Source: Azolla caroliniana (taxonomy: Eukaryota; Plantae; Polypodiophyta). Taken from it: DNA of 64,000 bases. The notes under the pieces are model-generated. The model did no database searches, was not told where the DNA came from, and saw only the letters and a program-made list of their open reading frames with translations. Positions within the stretch are counted from its first letter, which is position 1. The number at the start of each line of letters is the position of its first letter. The DNA is taken from assembly GCA_043228905.1 (NCBI GenBank), contig JBHGNT010000010.1:13392001-13456000 (forward strand), written 5' to 3'. Of the stretch, positions 23,366 to 37,387 are shown in pieces. The position numbers and the translations under genes are program-made.

Positions 23366-25362
23366 TTTCCGGTCCTCCGTTCATTCTTCCATCTGTCCAT
23401 CTGGTTGCGTCTATCCTGTCCATTTTGGTCCATCCGATCGTTCGTTCCTTCTTTCTGATCGTCAAATCGTTTCGACCGTTTTTATGGGCGTATCTGTTCT
23501 GCCATCCTCCTAATCGTCATCTGTTGTTGTCCAGCCCATTCGGCTGTCTTCCTATTGCCGTTGTTTGGCCGATTCTCAGTTCTGTCGGTTGTTCGGCTGC
23601 TTGTCCCATCCGCGCTTCGGCTGCTTCGATCGTTGTCCATCTCCATCTGGCGCTCAGTCACCATTCGTCATTTTGGTTTATTCCGGCCCTATTGTTCTGC
23701 CAGTCTGGCCATCGTCGGTCTCCGTCCGGTTGCCGCAACTCTGTCGTCCTGTCTAGCCGTTCTTTTTTTTTCTATCTCACCCTGGTTGTGTCTCTTCATC
23801 CCACATGTGCGGTCATATATTTTCTGGCTATCTTTTCGGTCGTTATGTGTTTCTCCGGCCCGTCCAATTGTGTCTTTTTAGTTTTCTTTGTATGGTGCGC
23901 CCGATCCTGTCTTTCCGGCATTGTCTATTATTCTTGTCGTTGATGTATGTCGGTCTGCGTCTGTGTCTTCTTCTCTATTTGCCTCGACCCTTCTGTCTTA
24001 ACATACTGCTTTCTTTTGCCGGTTCCGGTTCCAGTTTCTCCACGTTACTTCTTCTAGAACCATCTCTCGTGCATTCTGAGCACTTCCTACCGACATCCAC
24101 TCCACACACTGCTTCTTCCTCCGTAGTCTACTGGTGGGCTTCTCTTTCTAGTCATGGTAGCACCGGTTCCCTCTATGTTACTTGTATCCAGAGTTTCTTT
24201 GCTGGTTCATTCATGTTGCATCTTGCACCCAGCTTTTTGAAACATGCATGTTGTCGCTAACCGTAGACTCACACAAACGTCATTGCCATTCTCACCCTCT
24301 TGCATAACGTCATCTTCCAAACATCTTCACCATTTCTTGCACACTCGTAGCCATAATGGCGCCATTACTCGTGCATCGCAACACCGCATATCATTTCGTG
24401 ACTTCCTCTCGCACATTTCTGCCGCATATATGGATTGACTTCGTTCAAAGAGGGATTCTTCGTTGTGGTCACCAAAAAGTGTTGTAGGTTTTAGGGTGAG
24501 GGATGACGATTATGATGATAATCAGGTAGCGATAGGGATGGAGATGGCGAAGATGTTGAGAAGCATTGTGGGGTGGGGGGTGGTGCCTAATACTAATAGG
24601 TTTCGGTTTGGTTTTGAATTTACCGGTTTAGTGGTTTATTGGCTTATTGGTTTTTGTTTATGTAGTTCGGTTTAAAGGTTTATAGGTTTATAGGTTAAAA
24701 AATACTCATAAATATTCTCTATAGGCGCTAACTTTCAACTTTTAATTTTAAATTCTTGTTTTAACTTATTAAATTTTATATGTATTATATGTAGAGTCTC
24801 CTTTTTATTTATGATGATCAAATATGATAAGTACGATGATCACAGTTATGATAAGTATAATGATCAAATTTATGATCAGTATGATGACCAAATTTATGAT
24901 AAGTATGATGACAAATTTTATGATAAGTATGATGACAAATTTTATGATAAGTATGATGAAGAAATTTATGATGAGTATGATGAATAAATTTATCATAATT
25001 TATAATAAGTATGATGATTAATATCAATAAAAAATGGTTTGGTTTGGTTTGGTTTTAAATTTTTTGTAAATGGTTTGGTTTCTCCTATTCTTAAAACGGT
25101 TCAGCTCTAAACGGTTCGGTTTAAATGGTTCAGTTTTTATTATTAATAAATGGTTCGGTTTGGTTTCAAGGCCAAGAAACCAAACCGGGCCCATTGCTAG
25201 CTCCAGCCCCCTCCCAAGGGGGTTCACACTCACAATTACACATACACATCAACAACATTATAACATTCCACCCTCGCTCATCACACTTGACTCTCCGTAC
25301 ATCTCGCCTTCTACCACATCTGGATTCCCCATTATGCACACATTGCCAAACCCTTCTATTGC
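23366..25362 (-). mobile_element. Probable further LTR-element fragment: PPT-like tract, LTR (24480-25265), PBS-like site and non-coding 5' internal region
   Basis: Minus strand GAGGGTGGAA-TGTTA at 25265; CAACA-CTTTT-TGGTGACCACAACG at 24480; no recognisable protein. Confidence 0.45.
24600..25205. mobile_element. MITE-like element rich in GGTTT/AAACC motifs with an internal 24-bp minisatellite (~24820-25020)
   Basis: Repeated GGTTCGGTTT-type motifs at both ends; AT-rich core; units like ATGATAAGTATGATGACAAATTTT; no TSD found. Confidence 0.55.
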
Positions 25363-28300
25363 TTGTTGAAGAAAGGGTGAAAATTCGACTAAAGGGAGGA
25401 GCATTCGGAGGCCGTTCGAACACTAAAGGGTATCGGCTTCCGCTACTTTCTTGTCCATTTGGCTTCCAATTGATTCGGCTCCTTCGAATCAAACCGCTCT
25501 CGCAAATCGGCTGGCTCTAATTCCTTCCAGCTCTTGTCCGAATTGGATATCTGCAATTCGTCTTCAACCTTCAGGCCCTCCACCATGTCTGGGTCTTGGC
25601 CTTCTCTTTCCGGTCGGCTCTGCCCTTCTTGACTCTGCCGCCATCACCGTTTGTTCCGACTTGATCGGATGTGGTGACTTCTTCAATCAACTCAGCTCCC
25701 TTTGTCTTCTTGTCTACCCCTATCATGGTTCTCTCTTTCTCTCCGGTTCCTTGTCTTGTGCCATTACCTGGCTCCATTCTCCCCCTCAAGTGCGGCACGT
25801 CGAGATGTTGGAGACCGAGCATCTCCGAGAAGTGGTCCAACTTATCCAATCCGAGCGGCTTGGTGAAGATATCAACAACCTGCTGATCCGTGCGAACATA
25901 CCGAAGTTCAACTTCACCACTTAGGACCTGCTCACGCACAAAGTGATAATATACTTCTATGTGCTTTGTCCAAGCATGAAATACGGGGTTCTTAGCGAGC
26001 TGTATGCTGCTTACGTTGTCACAAAAGATCAGGATCGGGGTCAGTACCTTGATCTGGAGCTCTTGCAACAGCCGCCTAAGCCATATAGCTTCATAGGTGG
26101 TAGTGGTGGCGCCCCGATACTCAGCTTCTGTGCTCGATAGAGCTATGGTTGGTTGTTTTTTGCTGCTCCATGCAACAACCTTGCTACCAAGAGAAAACAT
26201 GTATCCAGAGGTGGACCAGCGATCCGATGCATCACCAGCCCAGTCGGCATTTGTATATCAGACTAGCTTTTCAACTATACCATGTTGGTATAATAGACCC
26301 TTATCCTTAGTGCCACTAACATACCGGAGTATTCGGTGTGTGCACTGAAGGTGCTCCACGGTCGGCTTTTGCATGAATTGGCTAATCACTCTGGCCGGAT
26401 AACTAATGTCGGGTCGGGTGATAGTTGAGTAAATAAGGCTTCCGACAATCTGTCAAAACCGTTTCTCCTTCAAGGTCAGGCCAAAGTAAAGACATAGCTT
26501 CAGGTTCTGGTCCAAGGGTGTGGAGATCGGTCAGCACATAATGTCACTGTGAGAGCAATATGTCATCGAGGGTATGGATCACCTCGATCCCTAGAAAATA
26601 ATGAAGGTCCCCCATGTCCTTCATTTCAAATTCATCCTACAGCTGGGACTTCACTCGGCTAATTTCATCGAGGCTGGGTTAGGTGATCACAAGATCATCC
26701 ACGTATAGTAAAATTCAAATTGGACCATCCAGACCTTTCCGGATGAACAGTGAAGAGTCGGATTTTAAGGGACCCATTTTACGCAAAACTGGACCTCGCA
26801 AAACCCATTTTACGCAACCGGTGCGTGATTTTCACATTCCAAGCTCTGGGGGCTTGCTTCAGACTGCAAAGCGATTTCTTGAGTTGGCACACTGCCAACT
26901 TGTTCATCTCTGACTGAAATCTGGGGGGTTGGATCATATAAACTTGTTCTGATCACCTTGAAGAAATACATTCTTCACATCCATGTGATGAAGATGTCAC
27001 CCCCTTGCTGCAACAACTGCCAACACCACACAAACTGTTATCATCTTCGCTACCAAAGCGAAGGTTTCACCGTAGTCGATTCCATGGGTCAGTGCATATC
27101 CCTTCACCACTAATCCGGCCTTGTACCAGTTGACCGAACCGTCGGTGTTGTAGTTGACTTTGTACACCCACTTGCAACCAATTGGTTTGCAATGTCGGGG
27201 AGGGTCAACTAGGCCCCATGTGTCATTGGCATCTAATGCCTGCATTTCTTCCTTCATTGCGGCACGCCAATTCGCGTCTTTCACCGCTTCTGCGTAGCTC
27301 TCCGGCTCGCGCACTGCCGCCACCTTCATTATGTACACATAATGATGCACCATGTACCCATTATATCCGTACCTCTTGACGAGGTTCTTCTGGCGGTTTG
27401 ATCGTGCATAACTTCTTATTAGCCGATTTGAGGGCCCTCTTGGCCGACTCGGACTTCGTTCCTGAAGTTTTGTCTTTGTTCTTTCCAGAGTCGAATTCAC
27501 TCTGATTGAGTTGTCTCTGCTAGTGTCGTACTCTAGCATCTTCTTCTTCCCCTTTTCCTTGCGTGTGAGTCGTCTGCTTGGTTCCATACACAGGGAGAGC
27601 ACATCTGAGTCTTTTTTGCTCACCGACTCTTCATCTGAGTGGTCATTATGACTCAGTCATTCGTTTGGCCCACTCAGCCAGAACGAGATCAGACTCTCAT
27701 CTAGAGTGCCGAACCCTTCTTCATCTTCTGCCCGGACCGGTTCGGGCTCACTAGCCTCGTCCTCAAAAATTGGGTTGGAGTCGGAAAACGGAGTCGGTAG
27801 AGAGTACCATGATGTTCAAGGGTTATAACACTTATAACCCTTTTGTTCCTGCAAGTAGCCGACTAGGATGCACTTCTCCGACTTTGGGTCCAACTTTCTC
27901 CACTTCTCATCCGGTACATGCACATATGTTATGCTACTGAATATCTGAAGGTGCCTTAAATTTGGCTTCCGTCCGAAATACAGCTCGTGTGCTAACACCT
28001 TCTCCCCAATCCGGTTTTGGATGTACATGGCCGTCCTGACCGCCTCAACCCAACAGAATTTGGGCATGCTTTCCTCGTCAAGCATTGCCCTTGCCGCGTC
28101 GATAATTGACCGGTTCTTCCTCTCAACCACACCGTTTTGTTCCGGTGTGTACCTGCAGCTGATTTATCTTGTTACTCCTTTCTGTTGCAGATGACTATTG
28201 AATTGGCCGAAAAAATATTCTTTTCCGCCATTCGACCACAGGCATTTGATCTTCCTATCCGCTTCCCGTTCGACTAAACTTTGCAAGTTTTAGAAACAAT

Positions 28301-29141
28301 CGAAAATGTCGTTTTTCTTCTCGATGAGGTAGATCCACGTATGCTAACTATAGTCGTCGATGAAGGAGACGAAATATCGGCTCCCGCCAAGGCTAACATT
28401 CTCTGCCAGTCCCCATAAATCTGAATGTATTAGATCGAGCTTGTTATGGCTCCAGCTTCTTTCCGTGGGGAAGGGAAGTCGGTGTTGCTTCCCGAGTTGG
28501 CAGGCTTCACAAATTTGGACCTTGCGGCCACTAAATTTTTGCAATCCGAAAACAACTTGTTTCGATTGCAGATCTTGAAACCTCCAGTAGTTGTCGTGGC
28601 CAATCCGCTTCTGCCACAAGTCTATGTACGATTCAATCTTTTGTCCTTTGGCAAACAAGGCGATGCCTACGTCATTGTTGTCGAGGATAAACATCATCCC
28701 ATCCTTGCACCCCTTGCGCGATTATCTGGCCTTCTTCCTCAGTGAAGCACCCGAGGTGCGTGAACTGCACATGAATCCCCTAGTTGACGATCTGCCCAAT
28801 TTTCACCAGGTTCTCTGTGATTGTCGGAACATGTAGTGCATTCATCAATTTTCCCTTTTGTCCCACATGGCTTAAAGGTACTTCTTCGACATGCACAATT
28901 GGGTGGGGAGTGCCGTCTTTAGTTTCAACAACTCCTAATTGCTCCGGATTTTCCAAAAATGAGAACCACTCTTCGTGGGTCGTCATGTGGTTAGATGCTC
29001 CGGAGACAACATACCACACTTCCTCTGATTTGGAAGTGATCTTCTTCATTGAGTTCTCATTGTGCTTCATTACGAAGGCTGGCCCTTTTCCAGTCTTCCC
29101 GGTTCTGGATCCTTCTGATCCTTTAGCGTAGTGCGAGCTTT

Positions 29142-32100
29142 AAAACAACAAATGACCTAGCCTAGTCTCTCAAATGTTATTGAATACAATATTTTAGTTT
29201 ATTTTTCTATCGTGAAGCAAATCCTTCACGACACCTAAACCCTCACACGCTCCTACTCATCGAGGCCTCCCACTCTATATAACCTTGTACAAAGATTTGA
29301 ATAAGCTCATATAACTTGCTAGAGGTTATTTTCTCATTGTGGCATGGAAACGTCACGACATCCTCCCCCTCTAGACCCGCACATCCTCTGGCATGCGCCA
29401 ATGAATGTCTCCTTCTTTAGCTTCATGGATGTCATCTTCGTTGAGGTGGCCCAAACTCCACGATGACCTGCCCATAAAGTATCATGAACTTCAAATATTA
29501 GTTTTTGTTGCTCTTCCCTTCTTCCAACCACTCTTTACGGAATCCCTTTCACAACTTTTGGATGTCTCCAAAGATATCCCACATGAAGAAAAAATTTATA
29601 AGCTTTCTTTCTTATTTTATGAAATAGCTCCCTTGACCATGTTCCATCTTTCTCATGAGTACTCAAGTATTTTCGAATTTGTAACATCTCCCCCTTGTAC
29701 TCAGATTCACGAAGAATAACACGAACACCCAAATCAGATGACCCCTTCAAGTTACAATTTATGGAAAAGAAATCAAAACTCTCATCTTCTTCATCAGTCA
29801 TTACCATAGTATTTTTACCTTTAAACCTCGCTCTTGAGAGCATATCGGAAACTGGATTATCCGTTCCTACAATGTGCTTGATTTCAAGACATAGTGATTT
29901 TATGTAGGCTATCCATCTAAGCATAGCTATATCAAATGTTTCACAAAGTGAAATCATTCCTAGCAATGGACGACAATCTGTTTCAACCACAACTTCAACA
30001 CCAATTAAGTATTCACGATCTGTTTTAATAGCTGTTAACATACCCCCATAACTCTCTTTTAATATGTGGGTAAGCTCTTTAGCGTTCTATTAAGATTTTT
30101 GCACCAAATCGAACTGCATATCTCAACCCATCCTTCTTTTCTTGGCTAACAGCCCAACCGATCCCGATTGGACTTGTATCCACAGTAACAATGATGGGGT
30201 GTTCACTATCATACCTAGCCTTCCATAAAACAAGGGCATTCAACAACATTTCCTTTCGTTAGTGAATTGCATTTGTATGTACATTAGTCCAAAGGAAACT
30301 TGAATTCCTCTTAAGCAACCCATAAAGCGGATCAGCCACATGTGCGAAATGTGGAATCCAAATTCAGTAAAACACACAAACACCCAAAAACCTACGCACT
30401 TTTGTTAGAGATTTACAATCATCCTTTAGATTTTGAATTGCATTTACCTTAATTGGGGATGGATTTCATCCGTAGGGTCCACACATGTGCCCTACAATCA
30501 AAACTTCGGGAACCCCAAACATAGATTTCTTTCACAAGCATCAATGTGGTCGGCGACAAACTTTCTACATCCATTCGGCATGAGTTTTTCATCCTTCTTA
30601 TTCATCGAGCATCCTTTAATTGGAACATCATCTAGAAAAGGCATAGTTATTTTTGGCACAAAATCTCTTAAATTTTTATTCATAGCATTCACCATATGTG
30701 CTACTAAATTTGTAGCACCTTGAGGCAATGTACACATTCACATCAATCCAATTGGTGTTCTTATAGTAGTTATATCACTACTATCAATAGCAAACTGAAA
30801 TTGATCATATCTTGAATACAAATCACACATAGAATATATAGCTCTTCTTGCGAAAGCTTCTGCAAAGGTATCTACAATTAGTCCAACACCGACATCTCCA
30901 ATAGTAACTCTATTGACAGGCTATAAATCCTGAATGAACCTTAATGAACTGTTCTTTTTAGGTACAGTAAACCACTTATTCGAGTAGGGGGAATTTGATG
31001 GCTCCAAGATACCCATTTCTATTTTTTCCTTAAGCAAAGCTATTACTTGTAGTATTTGGGCCCGAGGAACAGGGATAGGCCTTAAATTCCAAGGAATATG
31101 CAGAACTGTAAATATAATCATTGGTTCCACAACTGTTGGGTCTACACAACCAATTTCACTCGGCTCAAATGCAAATGCTTTCCCATGACTAACAATCATA
31201 TTTCGAAAACATTGTATCTCAACAGGCAAAAGAAAATCATTCTCACCAATTTTTAGTTGATCTAGAGTAGCATTTGTAAACTTATGACCAATATCCTTAG
31301 AATCCCGCAATGTTGGCTCAAATGCGACATTCTTTTTCATTTCAATACTATCCATAGGTAGATGCATCGCCACGGGCTTGACCTTTTTGTCTATTCTTTT
31401 ATATTTATTATTAACTTTTATTGCATAGTTCTTTTTACTTGCTTTTTTTGCCATTTCATGATAGCTATTGCCAACTATTTCACTATTAGCTATACAACCA
31501 TTTCCATCACCAAAATCTTCTTGTCCTCTTTGTCCACCCAATCCAAGAAACTCCTCCTTGATGCTCAGATTGTATCACCCTGCATGTATTCATTTAATAA
31601 AGCTTGCTCAAATGCAACCCGATCATTAGAACTTGTTGCGAGTTCCAAGACTCTATTTCTCAAAGAGAGTTCAACCATCCTCACAAAATTCATTTGAACA
31701 TCATGTTGATTTAATCCTTTACTACCCATCTCAGTAACATATACTTGTAAGAATTTAGTTATATTTTTACCTTCAAAGAAACCTATTTTTTCTACAAGCT
31801 TGTCAATAGCATGATCGATTCGTTGAAGACCAGTTGCACGTTCTTGGCTTTACATCATTCTTTCAATCATTAGAAGCACCACGTTGATTTGTGGCTCCAC
31901 AACGACTTCTTGGTTGATTCGTGGCTCTGAGACTGCTTGTTGGTTCTCCATCTCTCTTAACTTCCCATTTCATGTCGGGTTCACCACTGACGCGTCAATC
32001 TCGCTGTACGAGAGCAAACGAAAAGAAAATTGCGAATCCAAAAAGAAAACGGAAATAACTTGTATTGATATTTGAAGATGATTACAAAATATTTATTGTA

Positions 32101-32529
32101 CAATGATATAGCTTGTCCCTCCTATTACAATAATATTGCTCGTCTCATGTTCCCCTCACTGTTTTCCCGTTCCCTCTTTAAATAGGTGCCCCCATGCATA
32201 TGATGCATGTGAGGGTACAAGACATGCATGACATTGATGCATGATCACCATTTGGTGTTCATGCATTACATGTGATGCATGATAGACATCCCACGCATTT
32301 GAGCTTTCATGTATGAAAATATACATGGCATAAGTACAAACATTAAAATATAGTTTTCAAAGAATAAATGACCTAGCTTAATGGTGTGTACCTTGTGTTT
32401 GGTATGTGAGGTTGTAGGTTCAATTCTCTCAAATGTTATTCAATACAATATTTAAGTTTATTTTTCTATCGTGAAGCAAATCCTTCAGGACACCTGAACC
32501 CCCACACGCTCCTATGCATCAATGCCTCG
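29142..32529 (-). mobile_element. Second, heavily deleted copy of Gypsy family A with both outer ends truncated
   Basis: Partial 3' LTR 29142-29360, PPT 29361-29370, RNase H (ETDCRPL, DMLSR), RT (LPQGATN, FLDDV), ~2.1-kb gag-PR deletion at ~31500, PBS ~31969-31986, partial 5' LTR 31988-32529. Confidence 0.88.
32374..32465 (+). ncRNA. tRNA-like Pol III cassette inside the family A LTR (putative; second copy at 8012-8103)
   Basis: A box TAGCTTAATGG 32374-32384, B box GGTTCAATTCT 32417-32427, T5 at 32461. Confidence 0.5.
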
Positions 32530-33782
32530 GTTCCCTTGTCTGGCCTTGCCGGATCCGGATTTATCCGAATCGGCGCGCTTCTTCCAACACTAGTTTTCCC
32601 AGTGGCCTTTCTTGCCACAATACCAGAATTCTGTGTCGGTTTTACCTTGCCAGTTTCAGGCACCGCCTCGACTCCTCCTACTAGTGGAGGGTTCGGAACT
32701 GCTGTCGACACTATCTTTGTGCCTCTGGTTCTGCTCTTCCGATTGAGTGGTCCTTGACCCACTCGCCTGGTTTTCTTCAACCATGAACATCGATCGCAGG
32801 TCGAAGAAGGACGGTGTTTTCTACCGGGTGAGGATAGCGGTTCGGATGGGCTCGTACCTTTGAGCAGGACCACCGAGGCAGATTTGCACCATTTCTTCCT
32901 TGTCTATCGTGACGTCAATGGACCCTAATGCGTCGCAAATCTTCTTTATCTTCACAGTGTAGTCTGAAACTAACATATCCTTTTGTCGGAGATTGTTTAG
33001 TTCTTGCCGAAGCTGTAGCTTGCGGGCTGAGAGACTTGCAGTGAAAATCTTTTTCAGATTTTCCCAGGCCTACTTCGACGTCTTAGCATTTCTAATGTAG
33101 CCGATCATCTGGTCGTGCACGAAGGACGCAAGGCAGTACAGAACTCATGCCGGCTCCGACGCTATTTCATTTGCACCCTCAACATAACTCCAGTATCCAT
33201 GTTCAAGTAGATACTAGTGCATCTTGTACAACCAAGATGCATGGTTGTGTCTGTCAAGCTTCTCTATCGGAAGCGAACTTGCCATACCTCTGTCCTTCTT
33301 TCGCTCTTTACCAGGTGTTAGGGTTTGTCTTCAGTAATTGCTTGTCGACTGCAGAGGTTCTCAACCCTCGCACTTTGATACCATGCAAAAGTTAATATGC
33401 GGAAGCTTATGACAAACCGGTTCAGCCAAATAGCAACAGAGAGAGTACAAGTTTAATGGAAACCTTACAAGACACAGATAGATAGTGGGAGAGATAGAGA
33501 GAGCAGAATAGCATAAACTATATTCAAAAAATAATGCTTTGTACATAGGATGTGCTAAGTGACCGCTCTTTATACAAGTCCACAAGGGACTAACAGAAGT
33601 ACTATGTACTTCAATGCTCATACGAGCGGCTGACACTAACTACGAGGACCATGACTATGTAGTAGTCTAGAAGCGTAGACCTCTAAACGGCCTACTGGAT
33701 ACTATCCAGACACCAATTCTGATACGATCCGGCTCTGGCTTATCTAGCCGATCCGGATCCGGTTGAGCTTTCTCGCTCGACA

Positions 33783-36335
33783 GTCTTAAATTCGGCTTTC
33801 GCCCGAAAAATAGCTCGTGCGCTGACACCTTATCCCCGATCCGGTTTTGGATGTCGACAACTGTCTGAACAGCTTCGGCCCAGTAAAACTTGGCCATGCT
33901 CTTCTCTTCCAGCATTGCTTGTGCCACCTCCACAATTGACATGTTCTTCCTTTTGGCCACATTGTTTTGTTCCGGTGTGTATCGGTAGCTGAATTCCCTC
34001 CGAACTCCTTTCTGCTATGAATAATTGTTGAATTGGCCTAAAAAATATTATTTTCCGCCATCCGACCATAGGCACTTGATCTTCCTCTTCGTTTCCCGTT
34101 CAACAAGACTTTGTAGGTTCCGGACACAGTCGAAAAGTTTGCTTTTTCCTTCCTATTAGGTAGATCCATGTGTGCCGACTATAGTCATCGCTGAAGGAGA
34201 CGAAATATCAGCTCCAGCCAAGACTAACATTTTGTGTTGATCCCCATACATCTGAATGTATTAGATCGAGCTTATTACGACTCTGGTTTCTTTCGGTGGG
34301 GAACGGAAGCCAGTGTTGCATCCCAAGCTAGCAGGCTTCACAAATTTGGGCCTTTTGGCCACTGAATTTTGGCAATCCGAAACTACATGTTCCGATTGCA
34401 AGTCTTGAAGCCGTTGATAGTTGATGTGGTCGATTCGCTTGTGCCACAAATCAATATCCGACTCGATCTTTTGACCCTTTGTGACAAAGCAGTGCCTATG
34501 TCGTTGGTGTTGAGGGTGAACATCCTCCCATCCCGGCACCCTCGCGCAATAATCTGGCCCTCTTCCTCAATGAAGCATCCCCTGGTCGATGATATGCCCG
34601 ACTAACACCAGGTTCTTTTTTATTGTCGGAATATGTAGTACGGTCATCAGCTTTCCCTTTTGTCCGACATGGCTTAAAGGGACTTCTCCGACATGCATAA
34701 TCGGGTGAGGAGTGTTGTCTCCGATTTCGACAACTCTTGGTTGCTCCAGCTTTTCCAAAAACGAGAACCACTCTCCATGGCTCGTCATGTGGTTTGATGT
34801 CCCGGAGTCAACGTAGCACACTTCCTCCGATCCGGAATTGATCTTCTTCATTGAGTTTGCCTTGTGCTTCATCACAAAGGCTGGCCCTTTTCTAGTCTTA
34901 CCGGTTCCGGATCCTTCTGATCCTTTAGTGTAGTGTGAGCTTTGTTGGCCCCCTTGTCCGGTCTTGCTGGATCCGGATTTATCCAAATTGGCACGCTTCT
35001 TCCATCACTCGCTTTCCCAGTGGCTTTTCTTGCCACGGTACCAACATTTCGTCTTGGCTTTCGATTGCCGATTTTCGGCACCGCCTTGACTCCTGCTTGT
35101 GGAGGGTCCGGAACTATTGTCAGCCCCATCATTGTGCTTCCGATTCTGCTCTTATCGGCTGCTACTATGGGGTGCCAACCCACCTCGTCCTCCACGCCCA
35201 CGGGGCTGATCCGCCTCTGTGTACAACATCCGGTTGTCTGATTGAGTGGTCCTTGACCCACTCGCGTGGTTTTCTTCGACCATGCACATTGATTGCAGGT
35301 GGAAGGACGGTGGCTTCTCCCAGGTGTAAATTGTTGACCGGATTGGCCCGTACCGTTGTGCTAGACCACCGAGGTAGATTTGGACCATCTCATTCTTGTC
35401 CACCATCACGTTGATGGTGTAGAGCGTGTCGCAGATATTATTGATCTTGGTGGTGTAGTCAGTGATCGACATGTCCTGTTGCCAGATACTATTGAGCTCT
35501 TGCCGGAGCTACAATTTCCAAGCCATGGTACTGGCCGCGAAAACCTTTCGGAAATTTTCCCAAGCCTCGTTCAACGTTTTTGCATCCCTAATATAGCCTA
35601 GCATCTGGTCGTGCACACAGGACACGAGGCAATACAACATTCTGCGCAATCCTTGCTCCCATGCCGGGAAGTCCTTGTGTGCCTAATACGGCACTACTAC
35701 ATTTGCTCCTTCCATGTAGCTCTTGTATCCGTGCCCCAACATGTACTGGTGCATTTTATACAACCAGGATGCATAGTTACTTCGGTCGAACTTTTCTATT
35801 GGAAGCGAGTCACCATGCTTCTATCCATACCTTCTCTTCTATATGTTCTTTACCGGGTGTTGGGTTTGTCTTCAGAAAACACTTGTCGACTGTTGAGGTT
35901 CTCAACCCTCACACTTTGATACCATGTAGAGAATAGCGTGCGGAAGCTTGTAGACAAACTGACTCAGCCGGATTACAACAATAAAATAGAGAATGAAGGT
36001 TTAATGGAAGCTTAAGAACAAAGAATACACAGGAGAGACAAAGAGAGCAGAAAGCATAAACTCAATTCTAAATAATAACACTCTATACATACAATGTGCT
36101 CAGAGAACACTTTTATACTAGTCCATGAAAGAACAGACAGAAGTATTGACAAGTACTTCAATGCTCATACGAGTGACTGACACTGATTCCTAGAAATATG
36201 CCCACGTACAAGGCTAGATTCATATGCCTCTAACGGCCTACCAGTTACAATCCGATTCGTCTCTCTGACCCGACTCTTGGTTCGGGATACCATTCGGACA
36301 CCGATCCGGATCCGGTTGAGCTTGTCCGCTCAACA
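33783..36335 (-). mobile_element. Degenerate Ty1/Copia of the same family as 25363-33782 (5' LTR 35925-36335, gag, PR, INT), cut within integrase by that element
   Basis: PBS TGGTATCAAAG at ~35914-35924; YVDSGTSNHMT; LWHKRIDHIN; integrase ends at GRKPNLR against the neighbouring LTR. Confidence 0.88.
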
Positions 36336-37387
36336 AAAAGTTATCCCACGTAAATATTCTAGTTAAGCATGATAAAAAGGGTTATTAATGCATATACACT
36401 CAAGTAAAAGAAAAGGCATCATAGAGAAAGTTATTCATGTACATCTAATGTGCATGAACACTTGAGTTAAAAGAAAAGTATGATAAAAAAAGCTAATGAT
36501 GCACATCTAGTGTGCATGAGCACTCGAGTTAGAGAAAAAGCATCATGCTTGCATGTAACAAGATATATTTCATATCTCCCATCACTAAAGAAGGATAGGG
36601 GGAAGCAAAATGTATGGATTGAGGATTTTTTTTTGGGTTTCTAAATATTGATCTAATACATTACACACATGTATTTCACGATTTTTCTTCTATCTATTCC
36701 ATTATACTATTAGATTCTAAGGATTGATTAACCTAACATAATACACTCAAGGGATTGATGAGGTGTCTATTTCTTTCTCTTCCAATCTCATATTCTTACT
36801 TGCCTTTGAATTCTCCTCCTCCTAGTCCAAAATGTCGGCGGTTCCCACCCGACTCATGCAACAATCCAGCGTCGAAAGGCACGACACATTTGATGAACCT
36901 AACGTGAAAAGGGGCCGCAAGGAGATGGAGAATCAACAAGAGGCTAACCACATGATGACGATGTTTGAGCGAATGCTACAAGAACAACACGCGATGTCGG
37001 AGATTGCGACGGCAGTAGAACGGCTCGTGCAACGAAACAAGAAATTCAACGGGAAGGATGTGTCACGTTATCTACGGGACTACAAGGTGGAGATGCTGTG
37101 ATGCAGAATATCAGAAGGATTGCAAGTGACATCTTTCAATCGGGTGGCTACGGATGGGCTTCAAGGGAGTATCCATAGGATACAACAACAAAGTCCAATG
37201 TGGGTGGTGTTTGAAGAAGCGTTGAAGACTACATTCGCTATCGGGGACTCCTCCAAGGCAACGCGAAGGGGATTTGAAGATTGGGTGGAAACACCAGACA
37301 AGGGGTTGACGGTCCTCGATGTGTTTTCGGCATTCAAAAGTCGATTCAGGAGGCTATCCACGAGAGATCAAGCTATCTTGGCACCGG
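36336..37387 (+). mobile_element. Older relative of Gypsy family B: partial LTR (to 36886), decayed PBS and gag fragment
   Basis: LTR end ...GAAAGGCACGACA; gag FNGKDVSRYLRDYK colinear with ~4024-4480, with a stop at 37099-37101. Confidence 0.88.

Larger units (their letters stand above)
25363..33782 (-). mobile_element. Degenerate Ty1/Copia (5' LTR 33384-33782, gag, PR, INT, RT, RNase H), interrupted at 29142-32526
   Basis: PBS TGGTATCAAAG at ~33373-33383; WYVVSGASNHMT; ERKNRSI; IGCKWVYKV; [19 protein letters not shown]; DIFTKPLG; 3' LTR not identified, so the left end is uncertain. Confidence 0.85.

Noticed and set aside
24805-25027. Ile/Met/His-rich repeat ORFs
   Set aside because: Translations of a 24-bp minisatellite.
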